A stretch of 64,000 nucleotides of DNA from Eledone cirrhosa (Eukaryota), in contig OZ024743.1 of assembly GCA_964016885.1 (NCBI GenBank), forward strand, positions 112,778,001 to 112,842,000, in the 5' to 3' direction. The stretch's first letter is position 1. Each line of letters opens with the position of its first letter. The position numbers and the translations under genes are program-made. This document shows positions 53,208-64,000 of this stretch, piece by piece. The notes under the pieces are model-generated. The model was not told the origin of the DNA, did no database searches, and saw only the letters and a list, made by a program, of their open reading frames with translations.

Positions 53208-53528
53208 GCACAGCTTGTTTCAATAAGGTATCAGTATTTTGAATTTTATTCTTCAAAGTGTTTAATTTCATGCATGAGATTAGAAGAAAATCTATTATAT
53301 TGATAGCAATACTACGGCTACTAGCAGATAGAAGCAACGTGTACAGTAACACAGTAGACGGTCAATTACGACTGACTCGCCGGAATAAATCTACTTTGAG
53401 TTCATATCAAACATCTAGATAACTATCGTAGGATAGTGTTTGGTGTTGTTTATCCTTAGGTTAGCTCTGATGAAGCAGACCTATGATCAAAAAGGCATTT
53501 CAGTCGTGACCACCCCATCATGTTTTTT

Positions 53529-53583
<55 letters not shown>

Positions 53584-53971
53584 TTCGTTTATTTGTTTAT
53601 TTATTTATTTATTCGTTTATTTATTTATTGTAGATATAACGTAACTAAGATAACATTATCCAATATGTGTTGCTGATGTTTGTTTTTTTTTAATGGTAAG
53701 GTTCGATTTGAAATATTTTGGCTACTATGCCCAACAAGTCAGCGGTTAGCTCCAGACATCCCCATTTACTCATAATAGCGAGAGATAGGGAGAGAGGGAG
53801 AGACGGAGGCAGCGACAGCGGGAGTTTGGTGCCTTTGTGTTCGGACCTGGTGTATATGTATAAGTTTCACGGTTTGAAATATAGTGAAATGATGTCCAAA
53901 CTTCAAAAGACATATATGAACATACATATTTACACACACATGTATGTATGTATATCTCTCACTCTCTGTAA

Positions 53972-53993
<22 letters not shown>

Positions 53994-54002
<9 letters not shown>

Positions 54003-55164
54003 TTAGAAACACACAGATACATGCGGACGCACACATATATACATGAATGCATCCGCACCCAACTGTGAGTTAAGGGTGCCAACTTCACCGATGTTGCTCA
54101 ATGAATGACTGGGACAGACCAATTCAGTTTGAACCAGACTGAACCAGTATCAGAGTTAAAAATACATTATGAAGAGAGAAGAAACATTTAGATATAATTA
54201 GTAATAAAATGTATCATACCTAAACTGTTCCTAAATTCCTCGACTACGTAGTTTCGTGGCATAAACAAAAACAATATATCAAAGATATAGAGTCCTTGCG
54301 AGGTCTGCCGACTTATCAAGAGGATACCTCATTTTACTAGTCTCAAGAACGCGTCTACACGACGTGAGAAAGAATCCCAAAAGGCGGAGGGGGAGATAGT
54401 CACGCGATATAACGGTCGAGAAACAGAGCTAAGCCTCTTATAACCACGAAGAAAATACCACGGAGGCGGAGGGGGTATTCATATCGAGGCCGTAGAAGAG
54501 GTAGTGAAGAAGGCGAGAAGTATGAGTAATGGAAGCTTTCCAGTTGTCCCCACACCTCAAAGATTGCTCGACCAGAGGGAGTTATTAATATATTTAGAAA
54601 CACACAGATACATGCGGACGCACACATATATACATGAATGCATCCGCACCCAACTGTGAGTTAAGGGTGCCAACTTCACCGATGTTGCTCAATGAATGAC
54701 TGGGACAGACCAATTCAGTTTGAACCAGACTGAACCAGTATCAGAGTTAAAAATACATTATGAAGAGAGAAGAAACATTTAGATATAATTAGTAATAAAA
54801 TGTATCATACCTAAACTGTTCCTAAATTCCTCGACTACGTAGTTTCGTGGCATAAACAAAAACAATATATCAAAGATATAGAGTCCTTGCGAGGTCTGCC
54901 GACTTATCAAGAGGATACCTCATTTTACTAGTCTCAAGAACGCGTCTACACGACGTGAGAAAGAATTACTAATTATATCTAAATGTTTCTTCTCTCTTCA
55001 TAATGTATTTTTAACTCTGATACTGGTTCAGTCTGGTTCAAACTGAATTGGTCTGTCCCAGTCATTCATTGAGCAACATCGGTGAAGTTGGCACCCTTAA
55101 CTCACAGTTGGGTGCGGATGCATTCATGTATATATGTGTGCGTCCGCATGTATCTGTGTGTTTC

Positions 55165-55170
<6 letters not shown>
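53994..55170 (-). mobile_element. Retrozyme/pLTR-like element: 591-bp tandem unit (~1.6 copies) plus a ~205-bp inverted arm, in (TA)n
   Basis: 53994-54375 repeated at 54585-54966; 54965-55170 is the reverse complement of the unit start. Confidence 0.8.
54236..54325 (-). ncRNA. Type I hammerhead with U3-A8 core variant (second copy at 54827-54916)
   Basis: atcctc-TTGATAA-gtcggca...tgccac-GAAA-ctacgtag-TC-gaggaa. Confidence 0.75.
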
Positions 55171-55498
<328 letters not shown>

Positions 55499-55565
55499 TA
55501 GATATACATATAGATATATAGATATAGATATAGATATACATATAGATATATATTACTACAACAGA

Positions 55566-55650
55566 AGTCCGACGAGCTTTTGATTACAGAGTCGGGCCAG
55601 ATCGACGCAGATCGAACCTTGAGCTGATCATGAGCGAAACGCGCGTCACT
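55566..55650 (+). ncRNA. Type I hammerhead motif (CCGACGA core, long stem II)
   Basis: agt-CCGACGA-gcttttgatt...gatcatgagc-GAAA-cgcgcg-TC-act. Confidence 0.7.
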
Positions 55651-55808
55651 AATCAATAAACGTAATGAAAGCTTAATCAACCGTCCTTGTATTTTTATAT
55701 TACACTCTGTCTAGCTTTACACCTCGCTACGAACGTGAATCTAAACATGAAGTGCTCACCTGAGTGAACCTACAGTAAGTTCACGTTACACTCCCTGGAT
55801 ATATATAT

Positions 55809-56469
55809 AAATACAATATATAGAGGGGAAAGACACAGGAGAGTGTGTTTTTCATTACAGGAATTTCTAACCACCAGCGTGAGAAGAATATAAGCTACTA
55901 GAGGCATTGGTAAAACATTAAAATTAGAAGTATAAATTGAAATGAGAAACCATCCTCACCTAAATCACACATGTACACACTCACCAGGAGCATGTTTCGT
56001 CAGTTTAGTGGGTTCCAATACGGCCCAGTGGGTCATCAGCATGTGGAAGGCCAATATTGTCCGCACTACTAGAGAGAGAACTAAAATAAATTACCCTTCG
56101 CACGTGTAGACATAAGAGGAATGCGTGCTCGGGGCAGTAACTGGTGGCATGAACAGAACAAGCTGCTAGAGATGGCAGCCTATACTATTCAATTTAAGGT
56201 GCTCAACAGAGAGAGCGCAAGGAGCAAATGTCAAGTAAAAATAACGGAACAAAGGACTCGCGTATAATCCTGTAATTAAATGAGCTCAGAGGAAATAGTT
56301 TTCCTGGGCACTTTAAAATACAATATATAGAGGGGAAAGACACAGGAGAGTGTGTTTTTCATTACAGGAATTTCGAACCACCAGCGTGAAGAGAATATAA
56401 GCTACTAGAGGTATTGGTAAAACATTAAAATTAAAAGTATAAATTGAAATGAAAAACCATCCTCACCTA
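55809..56469 (-). mobile_element. 507-bp unit with ~155-bp terminal direct repeat and a hammerhead at 55968-56045 (-)
   Basis: 55809-55962 repeated at 56316-56469; cacatg-CTGATGA-...-GAAA-catgctc ctggt gagtgtg-TA-catgtg; base of stem II poorly paired. Confidence 0.7.
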
Positions 56470-56470
56470 T

Positions 56471-56506
<36 letters not shown>

Positions 56507-56964
56507 AATTGGTATATCTACCAACATATATATACATATGTATACCTATGCAAGCAAATATATAAGCAAATATATATAACGTTGTGGTTCAATGCAAGGG
56601 GATGCAGAACAATTATATGAAAAACGTAAAATAAGAAAATTATAGTAATTAGCTTACTTACTTAAATTTCACTCCAACTAATTAGTTCTTTATAATTATC
56701 TCCAAATTATTTTGTTGAGCAAAAATTTGTCAAAATTACTACTATAATTCATAGTAACAGCTTGGCTACTGTCTTTTTAATACCCCACTCCTCACTGATT
56801 AACCTCGATGTCACGTGATTGATTCTTTTGAATTTGCAACTGAAGAAGGCAGTGATTTTTTCAGTGTCTTGGATTTTAATCCCCGCCTGCTCTTTTCCAT
56901 CCACTGTATATTTTTGTATAAGTTCCCTGTGTCCGCGCATCGCCAGGTATCTTAGCTGAGAATG

Positions 56965-57047
56965 ACTCCCTGATGACGAAAAGGTTTCTCCATAATCTCC
57001 ATTTGGGGACTATGTATATTCCCTTTCAGAAACTAATTAGTTGGAGT
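56965..57047 (+). ncRNA. Type I hammerhead in an inverted-repeat element (56617-56689 / 57028-57101)
   Basis: actcc-CTGATGA-cgaaaagg...ccctttca-GAAA-ctaattag-TT-ggagt. Confidence 0.75.
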
Positions 57048-57095
57048 GAAATTTAAGTAAGTAAGCTAATTACTATAATTTTCTTATTTTACGTT

Positions 57096-57169
<74 letters not shown>

Positions 57170-57989
57170 TTTATTGTTACTGTTGTTGTTGTCGTTGTTA
57201 ACGTTGTTGTTATTTGTGTTGTCATTAATGTTTGTTGGTATTGTTATTGTTACTGATGCTGTTGTCATGATTGTTTTTGTTTGAGGAGGTGTTGTTGCTT
57301 ATATGGGAAGTGTTCATATGGTTGTTGCAGTTGTTATAGTTGTTGGTGTTGTTTATTTTCTTGTTGCTGTTATGGTTATTGTTGCTGAATTATTTTTCTG
57401 TTGTAGTTTCAGAATCTCTACCACTCAAGACTACTGCTGGTATTTCCGAGATGAACCTGTTGTAGAGATTCTGACTTTATTGGAGGATGAGTGATGAGAG
57501 GATTATTACAGAAAACATTGAAGCCGTTGAACATTTCCTACGTTACGCCCGCGGATATTCTGAAACTTATATCAAAAGTGCAATATAACGAAATATTTAA
57601 TAGATACAGCCTTCTCATTAATCACAGTCATGTTTTATAATCTGTTTGTCGTTATTCAACAGGTTTGTCAACTTATTTGTTCTGACAACTAACAGAACGA
57701 GGTGCACGTGACGGGAGGTTATTCAGAACTGGGAAGGAATCGCCAATTGCTTTTTTTTTCTTTTCCATTAATGGATCAGCGGTCCAACAGTCCAAATAAT
57801 GACTATTCGCATTTAAATGTGGAATTGTGTATACTTATATTTTACATTTATATTGTGTGGAAATTAGTTGGAAAAAAGTTTACGGACGGTGTTGGAGAAA
57901 ATTTAGCTGTAAATTGTGGAACGTTTTGATTGGTTTAGAGGCAAGTTGAGACAGTATTGAAAGACCAACTGATCGCATACAGAAACTAT

Positions 57990-58240
57990 CAGCGCGTTGT
58001 GCATGAGTTGATGAAACGTATCTCTGAACAGTCGACTCAACAAAGCGCTTTGATGCCAACGAATTACTCTACAGACGCTGACTTCACTGCCCCACACGAT
58101 GAAGATCACAACCTGTTGAAATATTGGCCGCTTTCCCATAGGTTTGTTGTTGAACATTTTAGAGATTGGGACTTTGGAGACTTCTGGTGTTATTGGTCCC
58201 TACACCAACTCCTTACTCACTGCCATTAGGGCAGAGTAGG
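57990..58240 (+). mobile_element. Decayed CRE-like RLE retrotransposon fragment
   Basis: ttggagacttctggtgttattggtccc... translates to LETSGVIGPYTNSLLTAIRAE, homologous to 42516-42797. Confidence 0.55.
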
Positions 58241-60068
58241 CCAAGCATATGATTAAGTCCCGCGTGTTAAAATGGTTACTTCCATAAGTCTCCCGCTTAT
58301 CCTCCGTAGTAACGTTTTCTACATTCAGTTTGCTATGACAACGAGGCGGCTTGCATCTGGAGGTTTGCCTAATATGATAACTACATTTTCTCTTTCAGTC
58401 GTAATCATTTACATTGTACTGAGAGTGGGTGTAGGGTAGGAACGCACGTGTGGTATCTCTTTATCCAGAACAAGTGACGGTTTGAACGAGTGGATTAGTG
58501 CCCTCTTCTTACAGAAAAGCATATGCTTTTAGAGTCGCCGAAGAAAATACCGGTTTAGAGTACAGCACGGAATGGAAATACAAAAACAAACATTAAAAGA
58601 TTCGTTGGTTATGCCCCTTTATGTTCAAAATGCAAATCCTGCTGTGGTCAACTTCTTTTACTTTTCATCTTTCCTGGATCGATAGAATAAAATACCAGTA
58701 AAGTAATGGGACTTATTTAATGGAATATACGAAAATTAGAAGCTTTTTGACCATATAAAAAACACGTTCGTTCAATTAGCTACCCACTCTATACTTGTGG
58801 TGTACGTAGACAAACCGAGTATGTAATACTGGTCCAGGCAAGTATTTGTTCCTGTAATTATTCAAACCATCAGACTTTAACCACACTGGAAATCAATTGT
58901 CTCTGCCAGGCTGATTTGCCTTTGACACACTGTATACACTTCAATAGCTACCCAACCACACTAAACAATATGTTTATGGTTTCTAGAGGTTTCCATTTTA
59001 ATACCAGTTTAGAAAGTAACGTGTCAGTGAAGGGTGTTTAATCAGACACACAGAGCTTAGAAGATAACAACTTATTAACTTTACTATTGCCTGAAACTTC
59101 TCACATTAAAGATATTGTGAAAGAAAGCCCCAGAGATGAATAGTTTTATAACATATCTATTGAATATTAGACAGATTTGTTCTATAATAATACAATCCAA
59201 TTCTGTGTTCAGAGAAAAGATGGAATATGATTTCTCTGATTGGTAAATTAATTTCTTAGCAAATAGGCTTTCCTGAATAGCCAACAATGGTTGCATCGGA
59301 GCAAGTGTTTTCCTTAATGTAACTTCCCATGTCGCTTTAAATTGAAAATACATAAAATTCCCAGCCAGCAATACATTGGATATATTCTTGCATTAATCAT
59401 GTTTTCGACGTACATCAATATTGGGAAATATTAGCAAAGTTATAATAATTCGGTTATTGCTATCCAGACAATTTCTCTTTTAAAAGGGATGTGCCAAACA
59501 TAAGCAGAAACGTCAAGACTGTAAAAGGAACCGATATATCAAATCTATATGCTTTTATGCTTTATAATCTTTATCAAATGATGTACTGGAAACTTGCTTT
59601 ATACTAATAACATCAATTCCAATCTTAGAATTAATCAATGTCTCCATGTATATAGCCTATTAAACATTTCGTTTAAACTCTAGTTTATGTGATATTACTT
59701 GTAATTGAATCGAGGTTATTTCATAAACTGATGATCAACTAGATGATTTCTTTAACTAAGTGTCTACACACAACATTGTCAGTTAAGTGTCCTATAGATT
59801 TCTGTTAAAATCAAACGAAGAAATAGTTACTAGCCTACTGACCATGATATAAACCATGATTATCGAGCAACAATATATTTGCCACAGAAACAACAAAAAC
59901 AAAGTCTTTCTCTCTCTATGTTCCCCATTACTCTCAGACTAAGAACAAGAGTCCGAAATATTAGCTCCTTCACTCTTCACAATATTTGAACTCATAAAAC
60001 GGTGTGGAGGAACTCTTGTAGCAAACAATGAGCTAAGTACTCGGCGATGTGTATATATATATATATAT

Positions 60069-60264
60069 ATAGGAAAAAGTTTAACCCCGACGGCAGAGCT
60101 CAAGCCGTTTCGACGGCTATTTCTGGACTCAGAAATAGCCGTCGAAACGGCTTCAGCTCTGCCGTCGGGGTTAAACTTTTTCCTATTACTCACTCTACTA
60201 CCCTAAGTATTGAGTACTCTGGTGCGTTATGGTCCATCTGGTTCCTTACCACACTTCCTTCGTT
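60069..60264. mobile_element. Second copy of the half-hammerhead fold-back element (palindrome 60069-60186), opposite orientation
   Basis: Homologous to 55201-55399; 4-nt loop, one arm mismatch, (TA)n flanks. Confidence 0.8.
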
Positions 60265-60316
60265 ATATATATATATAATTAGGTATATTTTTGTCTATTT
60301 GCTCTCTTTCTCTCTC

Positions 60317-60396
<80 letters not shown>

Positions 60397-60402
<6 letters not shown>

Positions 60403-60442
60403 ATTTGCCACAAGGGCACACAAGAAATGGGACATTAAAAGT

Positions 60443-60508
<66 letters not shown>

Positions 60509-60600
60509 GATAGATAGATTTCTTTATTAGCCACAAGGGCGCAACAAGAAAGGGGACAATACAAAGACATGCCAGATAGATAGATATACAACACAAGCAA
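60397..60600 (-). mobile_element. 3' tips of Tx1-like LINE relatives with (TC)n and (TCTA)n tails (another at ~63930-63980)
   Basis: CCCTTGTGGCTAATAAAGAAA matches the Tx1 3' terminus CCCTTGTGGTTAATAAAGAAA. Confidence 0.6.
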
Positions 60601-61413
60601 GCATAGAAAAACCGACTTAAAAGAATGATGAGGATGATGATGATGATTACGCAATCGCCATCTAATAAAATAACACAACACAAACTCTTAAATAATAGAT
60701 ATCCGGCATTATCACAGAAACAATTCACAGGACTCATAAAACCCATACGTTAATTTCATTACACAATCCCACCCACACCAGACTCTTAAACACGACATCA
60801 ATCATACTAAAGAACCACACATCGCACACACTGTTGCTTGACTAGTTGCTGAAACTCCGTCGATCGCGACGATGATTGTTCCTGTTGTTCAAACGGCAGA
60901 ATAGCCTGTTCGTCAAATGTACGTGCATGCGGCTTAGCATTTGGCAGACTGATGCACATTCTATGTTATTCTCATGAAGATTCAGTATGTCACAGTGCTT
61001 AACAAGGCTTAACAATGCTTATATTTTAAACAACGGGTACAATTCTTTTTAGCCAGTTGAAAGGACTGGAGCAACGTGAAATAAAGTGTCTTGTTTAAGG
61101 GTGCAACGCAACACCGAGGTTTGAAATCAGGATGATAGAATCATGAACCAAACACGCTAACCCCTAATTCATGCACGTTCACAACCCACTAACTATATAA
61201 TGTACGAAACGCTAAGATAACACCAAAACGAAAAACGAAATCCCACAACAAAGAGAGCTTACCCACTAACTATACACAATTTACGACCTAAATAAAAATG
61301 CTGCACACACACTTCCTGTACAATGGGACACTCCTGCTGTGGGTGAAGAAACTTGAAGAAAACGTTTCAAAACAGAGCGATAATAATAACAATATACATG
61401 AAACAGAGAAAAT

Positions 61414-63405
<1,992 letters not shown>

Positions 63406-64000
63406 TGAACGCTCGCATTACTAAAAGAGACATATATGACAGTCAAGTGCATCGAATTTCTCTCTTTCCCCTCTCTCTCACTCTCTCTTCTTCCGTCCCC
63501 TCACTCTCCACTCTCTCTCTTTCTTTCACCCACACAAACTCTCCCCCCCCTCTCGCTCTCTCTTTCTCTCTCTCTCTCTCTCTAGCTCTCTTTTCACTTC
63601 TCTTCTCTAATCGTTACTTAGTTGTGTCGAGTGAAACTTCACCCAGTTAGCTGCACAAAGCTCAATTTATCAACATGTTTTTCAGAAAACGCCATGGCGT
63701 AGAAACTTCAATATCATAACTGTCAGAAATCAATTTATTATAAGGAATATTGCAAAATTGCATGAGAATTTGCCAGCACTACATTTCGACACGAATGTAA
63801 CAAAATGAGCGTTCATACGTATACCATTTTAGATGTCAATGCATAATGATAGACAACCTGTTTTTGTATAGAAGGAAAAACATACGGATAGTGAAAATGT
63901 TCGCATAAGTAGCTAGCATTCACAGATATGTTTCTTTATTAGCCACAGGGGCACAAAAGAAGGGGACAAATACACAGGGGGAAGTTTACATACAATAAAA

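Noticed and set aside
50043-53352. Poly-M/I/Q/V and YIHT ORFs
   Set aside because: Microsatellite artefacts.
53465-53515. CTGATGA at ~53467 as a hammerhead
   Set aside because: No downstream GAAA, stem III or stem I complement; looks like a SINE-type fragment.
59905-60050. Polypyrimidine tract plus CAG suggesting a host exon
   Set aside because: All three downstream frames hit stops quickly and there is no good donor.

Overview
AT-rich, repeat-dominated eukaryotic DNA, most likely an octopus or other cephalopod (inferred from the SINE types and microsatellite load). I see no credible host protein-coding gene; most ORFs in the track are microsatellite artefacts. Mobile elements present: a near full-length L1/Tx1-type LINE plus fragments, five 5'-truncated R4/Dong-type (RLE) LINEs, two CRE-like RLE fragments, non-autonomous RTE derivatives, a Penelope-like element (GIY-YIG), a decayed Chapaev3-like DNA transposon and tRNA-type SINEs. 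There is also a 5.5-kb 30-bp minisatellite. The main unannotated signal, found by reading both strands by eye, is about 20 type I hammerhead ribozyme (HHR) motifs from at least 10 unrelated sequence families. Most lie in small non-coding elements bounded by (TA)n, arranged as tandem arrays (retrozyme-like), inverted repeats or perfect fold-back palindromes. Some carry core variants (U3-A8 swap, CCGANGA). A second signal is an AUG-less Tx1 ORF2, separated from ORF1 by an in-frame stop that lies inside a possible 57-nt GT-AG intron. All RNA folds were assigned by hand, not computed.
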